Source: an uncultured bacterium (GTDB lineage Bacteria > Verrucomicrobiota > Verrucomicrobiia > Limisphaerales > UBA8199). From it: a DNA stretch of 64,000 nucleotides. The stretch spans positions 512,001 through 576,000 of the forward strand of contig CAVVMW010000014.1 in assembly GCA_963749495.1 (NCBI GenBank). The letters are read 5' to 3'. Numbering within the stretch: position 1 is the first letter of the stretch; each line of letters starts with the position of its first letter. The position numbers were made by a program, and so were the translations under genes. Below, piece after piece: positions 21,749 through 31,852 of the stretch. The notes beneath the pieces were generated by a model. That model had not been told where the DNA came from and did no database searches. It saw only the letters and a list, made by a program, of their open reading frames with translations.

Positions 21749-22615
21749 ATGAACCTAAGCACACGCAGGACGTTCTTGAGAACAGCCACGGCGGCAGTTT
21801 CGGCCGGCGGCGTGATGGGATGGCGAACCGTCGCCCGAGCAGCGGAAGTGAAACCGCTCATCGCGCGTGACGCGAAAATCATCCACGTGCGCGAACGCGG
21901 TAAAAGCGGAGGGACCACTTCCTATCTGGAGCTCAGCACCGAATCGGGGCTGAAAGGTTACGCCGGGCCGATCGAGAAGGAACAGGCCGCGGGCTTTCCT
22001 GTAAATTTCCGTGACCTGCTGACCGGGCGCAATCTTGCGGACCCCGAGAGGCTCAACTTCGGCACATTTTGGGCGGCGTGCTATCCAGGGAAATCGCTCG
22101 AAAGCTACGCCAACGGGAAAGACCCGCTGACCGGCGCCACCGTATGGGGCGTCACGCGCGCCTCACGCCATACTGAAACGGGCTGGGCAATCACTGCACT
22201 CAGTGCGATGGAGTTGGCGCTCTGGGATTTGCGGGGCAAGGCGGCCGGGCAACCGGTCTGGCGGCTGCTCGGGGGCAAGCGTTCACGGTTGGACGCTTAT
22301 GCCAGCATGCTGGGCTATTCCGTAGTGCCGGCCGAAGCGCGGAAGGCTGCGAGCGCCATGTTTGATCAAGGGTTCCACCGGCAGAAATGGTTCTTCGAGT
22401 ACGGCCTCGCCGACGGAGCCGCCGGCCTCAAGCAGAACATCGAACCAGCCCATGCACTGCGTGAGGAACTGGGGCCGGAGGCGGTACTCATGTTCGATGG
22501 CATCCATTCAGCATTGCCAGACCCGCCCGCTCGTGGCCGAGGCGGGAACCTTGGCGATGCCGGAAGAGCCAGCTTGGGCCCTTCACTGGACGAGGAACGG
22601 ATGGAAAGAGTCTGA
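21749..22615 (+). pseudogene. Tat-exported mandelate racemase/enolase-superfamily protein, C-terminally truncated
   Basis: TRRTFL; SA.ELALWDLRGK..GQPVWRLLGG, AYASMLG, QKWF, LMFD then similarity ends near 22510. Confidence 0.8.
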
Positions 22616-22639
22616 CAGCAGGTCAATGCTGCGTGTAGA

Positions 22640-24451
22640 ATGAAGGCCATGGTACCTGGTCTATTGATCCGCGATCGCCGTACGTTCCTGAAGTCAGCCG
22701 GCCTGGCTGCAGTATCGTTGGCCGCAGGGCAAGCGTGGGCCTGGGCTGCGGAAGCGAGGGCGAGCACGCGAATCACGCTCGTGAATGGCAAATGGCATAT
22801 CAACGGCGAAGTTACCTATCATGGGGCGCCGACAGAGGGGCTGCTGATGAACGTGCGCATGGTCAACGCCGTCTTCGAGGATCGCAAACGGCCGGAGTTC
22901 GACGCGGAGGCAAACACGACGAGGTTTATCGAGAGGCTGCCCGACTACGCCGCGCACGGCGTCCGCGCCGTGACGCTTTGCCTGCAAGGGGGGATGCCCG
23001 GCTACGAGGGCGCGGTCAACTCGGCTTTCGAGCCCGACGGCACTCTACGGTCCGCCTACCTCGCGCGCGTCGAGCGGGCCATCCGCGCCTGCGATCGCCA
23101 CGGCATGGCCGTCATACTCGGGCTCTATTACCAGCGCCAATCGGCCGTGCTGCGCGATGAGGCGGCAGTACGCGCCGGCGTGGTGAACGCCGGGCGGTGG
23201 GTGCGCGAACGCGGCTTTGCCAATGTGCTGCTTGAAATCGCCAATGAGTATCCGCACCGCGGCTTCGTCCACGGTTGCATCCGCGACCCCAAAGGCCAGG
23301 CCTCGCTCATCCGTCTCGCGCGCGAGACGGCGCCCGGGCTGCTGGTCTCGGCCAGCGGCTACGGCGACGGCAAAATCCACGCCGAGGTGGCCGGGGCCGC
23401 CGACTTCCTGCTCCCGCACTGGAACAGCACCCCGCCCGGCCAAATTCCCGCCCGCCTGGCCGCGCTCAGGCAATACGGCAAGGCCATCGTGGCCAACGAA
23501 GACGACAAAACCGGCCCAAACGCCGTCACTGCCTTGCACGCCTGCATGGACCACGGTGCCAGCTACGGCCTGATGCTCAACAAGCACAACCAGACCTTTC
23601 CGTTCCACTTCGACGGCGCCGGTGATGACCCGGTGTTTTACGCCGAGTTGCGGAGGCTCACGACGGTCGCAGATGCCCAGGCTGATTATTGGATTGCAGC
23701 CATGAAAGAGACCCATGCCCGTTTCACCGGCACCCACGGCACCTTCGCGCAGTTTGGTGATTCCATTTCGGTGACGTTGGCCTTTTGGGCGCCGCTGGCC
23801 TGGGAGGCAAAGCACTTGGACCCGCAGGCGGCCCAGGCGTACCAGCGGGTCAAGCAGTACCTGAAACCGGAGTGCTGGAACCAATGGAAGGGACCTCAGT
23901 TCGGCAACCAAGGCTCCATGACCATCCGGTGGGCGATCAACAACATGGACACGTGGCTCAAGACGCTCAACCCTGAAGCGGCGGTGATTCTCTTCGGCAG
24001 CAACGACGTGGGCCAGATGGACGCCTCCGAGTACGAGGCGAAAACCCGTGAAGTCATCCGGCGCTGCCTGGCCAACGGGACGGTTGTGCTGCTCACCACC
24101 ATGCCCCCGCGCAGTGGCCAACTTGAGAAGTCCAGGCAGTTCGCCGAGGTGGCGCGGCGCCTGGCTCGCGAGCTGAAAATCCCGCTGGTGGACTACGAGG
24201 CGGAGATTCTGAAACGCCGCCCCGAGGACTGGGATGGTTCATTGCCCCAATTCAGGGACAGCCCCGGCGACGAGTATCAAGTGCCCACGCTCATCGCCCG
24301 CGACGGGGTGCATCCGTCCAATCCCGCGCCCTGGGTGAGCGACTATTCACCTGAGGGCTTGCAGCACAACGGCTACACGCTGCGAAATTACCTTACGCTG
24401 CTGGCCTACGCGGAGGTGATCGCCAAGGTGCTTGGTCCCGGCGTTCCCTGA
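22640..24451 (+). CDS. Tat-exported clan GH-A-like TIM barrel fused to an SGNH/GDSL hydrolase
   Basis: DRRTFLK; EIANEY and VANEDD; then GDSIS, FGSND, DGVHP. Confidence 0.7.
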   Translation: MKAMVPGLLIRDRRTFLKSAGLAAVSLAAGQAWAWAAEARASTRITLVNGKWHINGEVTYHGAPTEGLLMNVRMVNAVFEDRKRPEFDAEANTTRFIERLPDYAAHGVRAVTLCLQGGMPGYEGAVNSAFEPDGTLRSAYLARVERAIRACDRHGMAVILGLYYQRQSAVLRDEAAVRAGVVNAGRWVRERGFANVLLEIANEYPHRGFVHGCIRDPKGQASLIRLARETAPGLLVSASGYGDGKIHAEVAGAADFLLPHWNSTPPGQIPARLAALRQYGKAIVANEDDKTGPNAVTALHACMDHGASYGLMLNKHNQTFPFHFDGAGDDPVFYAELRRLTTVADAQADYWIAAMKETHARFTGTHGTFAQFGDSISVTLAFWAPLAWEAKHLDPQAAQAYQRVKQYLKPECWNQWKGPQFGNQGSMTIRWAINNMDTWLKTLNPEAAVILFGSNDVGQMDASEYEAKTREVIRRCLANGTVVLLTTMPPRSGQLEKSRQFAEVARRLARELKIPLVDYEAEILKRRPEDWDGSLPQFRDSPGDEYQVPTLIARDGVHPSNPAPWVSDYSPEGLQHNGYTLRNYLTLLAYAEVIAKVLGPGVP

Positions 24452-24512
24452 GGCCCAGTGCGCCTCCGCTGGGTCTGAAGCAATACTCGCAATACTCGCC
24501 ATCAATTGTCGC

Positions 24513-26015
24513 ATGAACACTAAACACACCTCCCGTATCGGCCGGCACACCGTGGTGCTCGCCCTGTTCTCCTGCCTCGCCGCCGAGCCTCTCTTCGCCC
24601 AGCAAAGGCATTACCAGGAAGCTCACGTTTACATCACCGCTCCCGGCGCTCCGCCCTCCACCACGCCCGTCTCCCCAGCCGTCGAAGTCGTCCGCCCCAT
24701 GCTCCTGTCCAACCGCGGCTTCCAGACCTTCGAGCCTCTCGAACAGCCTGACGAGCATGTCCCTACCATCATCATAGACGAAAAGAAGACCTTCCAAACC
24801 ATCATCGGCTTCGGGGCCGCGTTCACCGATGCCGCCTCCGCCACTTTCGCTAAACTCCCCATGGACTCCCAGGAGGAGTTCCTCACGGCCTGCTTCGACC
24901 CCGCTAAAGGCAACGGCTACACCCTCTGCCGCACCACGATTCACAGTTGCGACTACTCGGGCGAAATGTACACCTACGACGACACGCCCGGCGATAAGGA
25001 CCTGAAGAACTTCTCCATCGCCCACGACCTCAAAGCCCGCATCCCCTTCATCAAGCGCGCCCAAGCTGCCGCCAAGGGCAACCTCCGCCTCTTCGCCTCG
25101 CCCTGGAGTCCGCCGACTTGGATGAAGAGCAACAACGACATGCTCCACGGCGGCAAGCTTAAGGCCGAATACAGCCAAACCTGGGCTGACTATTTCGTGA
25201 AATACATCCAGGCCTACGCCAGGGAAGGCGTCCCTATGTGGGGCCTCACCGTCCAGAACGAAGCGCTGGCCACCCAGGTTTGGGAATCCTGCATCTTCAC
25301 CGCCGACGAGGAGAAGGACTTCGTCAAGAAGTATCTCGGCCCCGCCCTCGAAAGAGCCAATCTGTCCGATGTGAAGCTCATGATCTGGGACCACAACCGC
25401 GGTCTCATCTACCAGCGGGTCCAACCCGCCTACGACGACAAGGACGCCTCCAAGTACATCTGGGGCGCGGCCTTCCACTGGTACACCGGCGACCACTGGG
25501 ATAACGTGCGCATTGTCCACGATGCCTTCCCCGACAAACACCTCCTCTACACCGAAGGCGGCATCGGTGGCAATTGGCCCGCCGCTCTCCGTCTCGCCAG
25601 GAACGTCATCTACGACCTTAACAACTGGACCGAAGGCTGGGTGGTCTGGAATCTCATGTGCGACCAGGAAGGCGGCCCGCGCCACGCGGGCGGCACGCCT
25701 GGACGCGGTTCCGGCACCATCGTCAACGCCGACATTACCACCGGCAAGCTCTCTTTCAATCCCCCACACTACATCCTCGGCCAATTCTCTCGCTTCATCC
25801 GCCCTGGCGCCAAACGGATTGCCTGCACCTCCACCGCTGACGAGTTTATCGCCACGGCGGCGCTCAACCCCGACGGCTCCATTGCCGTCGTCGTCAACAA
25901 CCTCAAAGACAAAGAGACCTTCTTCCGCGTCTGGCGCAACGGCCAGTCCCTCCGCTACACCGGTCCCCCGAACGCTACCATCACTTTCCTCTTCGAGCCC
26001 GCCAAACCTTCATAA
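24513..26015 (+). CDS. GH30 glycoside hydrolase (glucosylceramidase / beta-1,6-glucanase-like)
   Basis: FQTIIGFGAAFTDA, ASPWSPPTWMK, TVQNE, AFHWY, YTEG, GQFSRFIRPGAKRI. Confidence 0.92.
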   Translation: MNTKHTSRIGRHTVVLALFSCLAAEPLFAQQRHYQEAHVYITAPGAPPSTTPVSPAVEVVRPMLLSNRGFQTFEPLEQPDEHVPTIIIDEKKTFQTIIGFGAAFTDAASATFAKLPMDSQEEFLTACFDPAKGNGYTLCRTTIHSCDYSGEMYTYDDTPGDKDLKNFSIAHDLKARIPFIKRAQAAAKGNLRLFASPWSPPTWMKSNNDMLHGGKLKAEYSQTWADYFVKYIQAYAREGVPMWGLTVQNEALATQVWESCIFTADEEKDFVKKYLGPALERANLSDVKLMIWDHNRGLIYQRVQPAYDDKDASKYIWGAAFHWYTGDHWDNVRIVHDAFPDKHLLYTEGGIGGNWPAALRLARNVIYDLNNWTEGWVVWNLMCDQEGGPRHAGGTPGRGSGTIVNADITTGKLSFNPPHYILGQFSRFIRPGAKRIACTSTADEFIATAALNPDGSIAVVVNNLKDKETFFRVWRNGQSLRYTGPPNATITFLFEPAKPS

Positions 26016-26033
26016 TTCTTTGAGACCCAAACT

Positions 26034-27749
26034 ATGAATTCAAGAAACCGTGTATTGCTGGCGGTGGGCGTGCTCGTGAGCTGTGGTGTGAGTTCAGTCC
26101 GTGCGGCCCCTGACGGGCCTGACTTCGGTCCGCATGTCCTCATCTTCGAGCCGGCGATGACGAACATCCAGGGCCGGATAGACGCGATCTTCAGCCAGCA
26201 GGAGCGCAGCCAGTTCGGCAGTAACCGCTACGCCTATTTGTTCAGGCCGGGGAAATACAATCTGGACGTGCAGGTCGGCTTTTACATGCAGGTGCTTGGG
26301 TTGGGCAGGTCTCCCGACAATGTGGAGATAAGCGGGGCGGTCCGCTCCAAGGCGCGCTGGATGGCCAACCACAACGCCACCTGCAATTTCTGGCGCTCAG
26401 TGGAGAACCTGTCGGTCATCCCTACACTGGACAGCAACGTCAACGTTTGGGCCGTCTCGCAAGCCACTGCCTTGCAACGCGTCCACGTCAAAGGCGCCTT
26501 GAATCTCTGGGACGGCGGTTGGTCCAGTGGCGGGTTCATCGCTGACAGCCGGATCAACGGCGAGGTGAACTCGGGCTCGCAGCAGCAGTGGTTGTCCCGA
26601 AACGCAGACTGGAGCGGTTGGAAGGGGGCGAACTGGAACATGGTGTTTCTCGGCGTAGCCCATCCGCCGGCCGGGCAGTGGCCAAATCCGCCCTACACCA
26701 TCATCGAGAAGACGCCCTTGATTCGGGAGAAACCGTATCTGTGTGTGGACGGGAACGGTAATTACCTGGTCATGGTTCCCGACCTGACCACGAACGGCAC
26801 GATCGGCCCGGCTTGGTCCACCGCGCCTGCGCGGGGAACGTCGGTCCCCATTGAGCGGTTTTACCTGGCCAAGCCGGATACCGACGACTCGGCCAGCCTC
26901 AATGCCGCCTTGAGCCAGGGCAAGCATCTCCTGCTGACGCCGGGCATCTATCACCTGCGAAGCGCCATCCGGCCAACGCACTCAGGCACTATCGTCCTCG
27001 GTTTGGGTTACCCCACCCTGCAACCGACCAACGGCATTCCCGCCCTGGTGGTGGATGATGTGGACGGGGTCAAGTTGGGTGGGTTACTGATCGAAGCCGG
27101 GGCCACAAGCTCACCGACGCTCGTGCAGATCGGCGAAGCCGGCGCGCGAGTGTCTCATGCGGCGGACCCCATCTGCCTCTGGGACCTATGCTGCCGGGCG
27201 GGCGGCGCGCAGGCGGGCAAGACGGACTGCCTGCTCACGATCAACAGCCACGACACCGTTGGGGACAATTTCTGGCTCTGGCGCGCGGACCACGGGCGCG
27301 GGGTCGGGTGGAATTCCAACGTCAACAAGAACGGGCTCATTGTCAACGGCGACAACGTTACGATCTACGGTTTGTTCGTTGAACACACGCAGGAGTATCA
27401 GACGCTTTGGAATGGCAACGGCGGGAGGGTCTATTTCTACCAATCAGAGCTGCCCTACGATCCGCCCAGCCAAGAGGCGTGGAAGCACGGTGAAGCCAAC
27501 GGTTACGCCTCCTAAAAAGTAGCCGACACGGTGACCACCCACGAGGCCTGGGGCCTCGGCGTTTACTGCGTGTTCTATGCCGCACCCGTGGTCGCCGAAA
27601 ACGCCTTTGAAACGCCCGTTGCCCTTGGAGTGAAGCTGCACCACCTGGTGACCATCCGGTTGGGGGGCCAACGCAACAGCGGCATGAATCACGTCATCAA
27701 CGGCCAGGGGGCGGCAGTGATCACAAATCGGAAGGCGATTGTGGACTGA
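26034..27749 (+). pseudogene. Bacterial GH55-like exo-beta-1,3-glucanase with a single nonsense codon
   Basis: PDFGP.V..F, NFWRS.ENL, SQQQW, WLWRADHG, FVEH.Q, FYQSE.PYD; TAA at 27513-27515 in GYAS*KV, frame continues to 27749. Confidence 0.85.
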
Positions 27750-28029
27750 AACCGACTCATGGCAGGGTCAAGGCCGGTCCCAGCGCAGGATTGCGTTTGG
27801 TACATTCTTCTCGGTGGAACGCCAGGCGTAAAGGGTCTTGCTCTGTGCATTGTAAGCGATGCCGTTGGGCTTGAAGGGAAGGGGTTCGGCGAACTTCGTC
27901 CAGGTCTGCCCTGCATCCTCGGATGATCGATGACGATGGGGTCCGTCGAGTGGTTGCTGTCCTCGAGCAAGGCATCTCCGATCCTCTGGTGCAGACACGC
28001 CTCAACGAGGACGGCTCGGTCGTGGACCA

Positions 28030-28144
28030 GTGACGAACTCATACGCGCCGAGGTCGGGACCGGCGCCCTGGGGCCGCCGGTTGCCATCGAAGTCGGTGTG
28101 GACGCCTAGCTCGACGCCCGCGTCAATGGCGGGGCTGTTGGATT
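28030..28144 (-). pseudogene. C-terminal fragment of a secreted beta-helix / choice-of-anchor Q protein, cut by IS B
   Basis: NSPAIDAG....TDFDGN.RPQGAGPDLGAYEF. Confidence 0.7.
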
Positions 28145-28227
28145 GTAACCGTTCACGGGTTTCGACGCATCGCTTGAGCACATGATCTGAGCAGACCGTA
28201 GATTTTGCTGGCGTCACAGAGCGACCC

Positions 28228-29127
28228 TTGTTAGGGTGCGTGGCTGTGGACCAGGATTTAGTGATTAGGCGCCGGGTTATTCGGCAAGCCGACCTGCTGC
28301 TCATCCAACAGTTGATTGAGCAGGAGGGATCCCAGGGACGCAGCCATATTTCCAATCGCCTCTGCGAGATTTGGAACTGGCGACAAGCCAGTGGGCGCTT
28401 TCGTCAGATTGCCTGTCGCGACCTGCTCCGTCGGCTGGAAGCGCGCGGGCTGATCGAGTTGCCTCCCAAACTCCGTGAGGCTCGACGAGCAGGTTATCGC
28501 AATCGAACCTCGACACCCGATCTCCTGGATTGCAGGCCGTTGACGGGCAGGCTGCGAGAGTTCCAAAACCAGATTGGCATTCAGTTAGTCCAGGAATCCA
28601 ACCAGTTGGCCCTCTACCGTGGACTGGTCGGAACGTATCACTACCTGGGCTATCAACAGGCCACTGGAGCGCAACTCAGATATATTGCTTACTTCCAGGA
28701 CCGGCCGATTGCCTGCCTGAGCTTTGGTCCGGCCGCCTGGAAGATCGGGGCCCGCGATCAGTTCATTGGTTGGTCGGCGCAAGCCCGGCAGCAAAACCTT
28801 CGGTGGGTGGTCAACAATGACCGCTTCGTGATTCTTCCCTGGGTTCAAATCAAGTGCCTGGCTTCGCATCTATTGGGCCGGACCGTGCGCCAGCTTCCGG
28901 GCGATTGGTCAAGGGTTTACGGTCATGATCTGGCTCTGGTCGAAACGTTTGTGGAAAAGCGGCGCTTTGCCGGGACAGCCTACGCGGCGGCCAGTTGGAT
29001 TTGCGTGGGGCAAACCCTGGGACGAGGCCGCAATGATCGGACTCACGACCAGGCCGCCCCCATCAAAACGATCTGGCTGCGCCCGTTGCGAGAGGATTTC
29101 CGGTCCTTCCTCTGCCAGGAACAATAG
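28228..29127 (+). CDS. DUF4338 (DruA-like) domain protein
   Basis: YHYLGY, ARDQFIGW, NNDRFVILPW, LASH, ETFVE..RFAGTAYAAASW..VGQTLGRGR. Confidence 0.9.
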   Translation: MLGCVAVDQDLVIRRRVIRQADLLLIQQLIEQEGSQGRSHISNRLCEIWNWRQASGRFRQIACRDLLRRLEARGLIELPPKLREARRAGYRNRTSTPDLLDCRPLTGRLREFQNQIGIQLVQESNQLALYRGLVGTYHYLGYQQATGAQLRYIAYFQDRPIACLSFGPAAWKIGARDQFIGWSAQARQQNLRWVVNNDRFVILPWVQIKCLASHLLGRTVRQLPGDWSRVYGHDLALVETFVEKRRFAGTAYAAASWICVGQTLGRGRNDRTHDQAAPIKTIWLRPLREDFRSFLCQEQ

Positions 29128-29129
29128 CC

Positions 29130-30584
29130 ATGGGCTGGTTCATCGGAAAAAAACGACTGCGCCAGTTGGAGGAGGAAAATGCCCAACTCCGCCAGGACAA
29201 GGCGCGCCTGGAGTCGCGGGTGGCCCAACTCCAAGCCGAAAACGCCCGGCTCATGAATCAACTGGCCGCCGCCCGCAAGCATTCGGGGAACTCCTCCAAA
29301 CCGCCCTCCAGCGACATCGTCAAACCCAATGGGCAGCGGCGCCAGAAAAAGTCCAAGCAACGCATCGGCGGGCAAAAGGGACATCCCCAACACCAGCGGC
29401 CCGCCTTTGCTCCCGATCAAGTCGATCAGCGGATCCCCTTCCGCCTCAAACAATGTCCGGTCGATCCCTCCCACCGGATTAGCCCGGCGGAAGGGCCGGA
29501 GCACCAACGCACGATCCAACAGGTCGAGTTGGTGGAAAAACCGTTCCGAGTGGTCGAGTATACGGCTTACAGCATTTGGTGTCAGGACTGCGGCTGCTAT
29601 CACCAGGCCCCTTTGCCCGGGCCCATCGTCCAGGCCGGACTGTTCGGCCCCCGCTTGACCGCCCTGGTCACTTATCTCAAGGGCCGGCTGCACGGTTCTT
29701 ACAGTGGGATCCGGGATTTTCTGGGCGAGGTGGTCGGCGTGTCGGTCTCGCGGGGCTATCTGGCCAAACTCTGCCACAAGGCCACTCAGGCCTTCGCCGC
29801 ACCCTACGGCCAGCTACTGGCCTTGTTACCGCGGCAGAGCCACCTCAACTGCGATGAAACCGGACACAAAGACAACGGACACCGGTTCTGGACCTGGTGC
29901 TTCCGCGCGAGCCAGTTTGTCGTCTTCAAAATCGAGGCCTCGCGCGGCGCTGAGGTTCTCGAGCGCCTGCTGGGCCAAGAGTTCCAGGGCATTCTGGGCT
30001 GCGACTATTATGCCGCCTACCGCAAATACGCCCGCCAATGCTCGGTCCTGGTCCAGTTCTGTATGGCGCACTTGATCCGGGACGTCAAATTCCTGTGCGA
30101 ATTCCCCGAGCCCGGCGTCCAACGCTATGGCAAAGGGTTGTTGGCGGGCCTCAAGGCCCTGTTCTGGACGCTGCACCGCAGGGACCAACTGAGTGCCCGC
30201 GCCTTCGAGTCGGAGCTGGCCGCCGCCCACGACCAAATCTGGCGCGCCGCCCTGTCGGGTTCGGGCGGCCCCTTTCACCGGTTGATATGGAACATGGCCG
30301 AGCGATTTTACCGCCATGGTGAAGCCTACTTTCAATTCATCACCACCCCGGGCATCGAACCCACCAACAATGTGTCGGAACAGGCCATGCGCTTTGTGGT
30401 GATGGATCGGCACATGACCCAAGGCACCCGTAGCGCCCGAGGGCGGCAGTTTTGTGAGCGACTCTGGACCGTGCTGGCTACCTGCTCGCTACAGCATCGC
30501 TCCCCCTTTGATTGGATTTGTCAGGCCCTGAGCGCTTGGTTCAAAGGACAGCCGGTTCCTTCCCTATTAGCCGATTCCTCCTGA
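29130..30584 (+). CDS. IS66 family transposase
   Basis: Coiled coil, NSSKPPSSD, GGQKGH, CDETG, QFCMAHLIRD, PTNNVSEQAMR. Confidence 0.95.
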   Translation: MGWFIGKKRLRQLEEENAQLRQDKARLESRVAQLQAENARLMNQLAAARKHSGNSSKPPSSDIVKPNGQRRQKKSKQRIGGQKGHPQHQRPAFAPDQVDQRIPFRLKQCPVDPSHRISPAEGPEHQRTIQQVELVEKPFRVVEYTAYSIWCQDCGCYHQAPLPGPIVQAGLFGPRLTALVTYLKGRLHGSYSGIRDFLGEVVGVSVSRGYLAKLCHKATQAFAAPYGQLLALLPRQSHLNCDETGHKDNGHRFWTWCFRASQFVVFKIEASRGAEVLERLLGQEFQGILGCDYYAAYRKYARQCSVLVQFCMAHLIRDVKFLCEFPEPGVQRYGKGLLAGLKALFWTLHRRDQLSARAFESELAAAHDQIWRAALSGSGGPFHRLIWNMAERFYRHGEAYFQFITTPGIEPTNNVSEQAMRFVVMDRHMTQGTRSARGRQFCERLWTVLATCSLQHRSPFDWICQALSAWFKGQPVPSLLADSS

Positions 30585-30611
30585 CTGACGACTTGAGGTG
30601 TGAACGGTTAC

Positions 30612-31307
30612 AAAAAGGATGCCCAAGAATCCGAGGAGGCCGGGTCCGGCGAAGCCGCCCAAGCCACGGGCGAGTTGCCGCCCCAAGCCCCGCAAGGAGA
30701 CACTCTTGCAGCTCCTAGCCGAGCCGAAGGTGAGCCGAGTGACCACACGGGCGAGCTCCTATCGGCGGAAGATGATTTTGGGCCTAATGACTCTGAGCGG
30801 GAGCCCAGGTTTGGAGACTTGCAACCAGTTTTCCAGCCCTACTTCCCGGAATGGCAAACAGTCTATGCGCGGGTAAAGCGGGAGGCCCGGATGGGCACTC
30901 ACATCTTCAAGGCCGTCCTCACCGGCCGGCGAGGCGGTGGCGGCGGCATCTGGCGCCGGCTGGCGGTGCCGGCAGACACCTCGCTGGACGAATTGGCCTG
31001 GGCCATCCTCAATGCGTTTAAGCTGGATAAGGACCATCTGTACGACTTCCGCTACCGCGACCAGCGCGGCAAGAGCCGCGTGTATGCTCACCCCGACACC
31101 GACGACGGGCCCTTCACCCCGGAAATCACGGTCGGCGAGTCCGATCTCGGGCTCAAAGATGAGATGCTCTTCACGTTCGATTACGGAGATTACTGGCAGT
31201 TCAAAGTGCGTCTGGAGGCCGTTGATGACCAACCCTCCGGATCAACCGACCCGAAAGTCATCGAGTCTGCCGGCACGCCCCCGGAACAGTATCCGTCAGC
31301 GGGGTGA
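30612..31307 (+). pseudogene. C-terminal part of a plasmid pRiA4b ORF-3 family protein
   Basis: IWRRLAVP...SLDELA.AI..AF..D.DHLY.F, FDYGDYW.F.V.LE; N-terminus removed at the IS B end. Confidence 0.8.
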
Positions 31308-31519
31308 CGGCATCACGGGGCTCCCTGGTCAGTCAACGGAAGTTGAAGCGGGTCACATCAGCCGAAGAGGGGAGAACAGATGTAAAGCGAAGCGGGCAAA
31401 GAAGATGCCGCGGAAGAAGACGGATTTTCAAACTGCCAGCTCCTCGCAGCTGGCTCAATCAGGGGAAGCCCCAAAAACCGACAATTTTAAGGTGCGGTTC
31501 GCGACCCCTCCCGGCGCGG

Positions 31520-31852
31520 TCAAGAATTCAGCCAGAACTGCGCGAGCCTGACGATGGCGTTCAACGCGGCCAGGGGCACGTTGTAGATGAAGAAACCAAA
31601 GACGGCAGCGACAATGGAAATAAACAGCGCCAGGCCGGATACGGCGTCGGTGGTGAAGTTCGGGTCCTTGGCCCAGTGGCAAAACGGCAGCGAGATCTGG
31701 ACGAGAAAGAATACGAAGAACAGGAGGCGCAGCGTTTCCAGGCTGACTGCCTGGGTCAGGGGGCATCCCGGTGCATACCAACCGGCGTACCGCTCGACGA
31801 GAAACGTCAAGAGCGTCAGCGCCGACAGAAAAGCGAAAAGCGGCCGGTTCAT
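31520..31852 (-). CDS. Small membrane protein
   Basis: Three or four hydrophobic segments; ATGA overlap with the upstream ORF. Confidence 0.6.
   Translation of the reverse strand: MNRPLFAFLSALTLLTFLVERYAGWYAPGCPLTQAVSLETLRLLFFVFFLVQISLPFCHWAKDPNFTTDAVSGLALFISIVAAVFGFFIYNVPLAALNAIVRLAQFWLNS

Larger units (their letters stand above)
28145..30611 (+). mobile_element. IS66-family element B (DUF4338 gene + intact transposase)
   Basis: 12-bp IRs GTAACCGTTCAC (28145-28156 / 30600-30611); no TSD. Confidence 0.9.

Noticed and set aside
27513..27515. Stop-codon recoding in the GH55-like gene
   Set aside because: TAA serves as a normal stop elsewhere in the window; a single nonsense change is simpler
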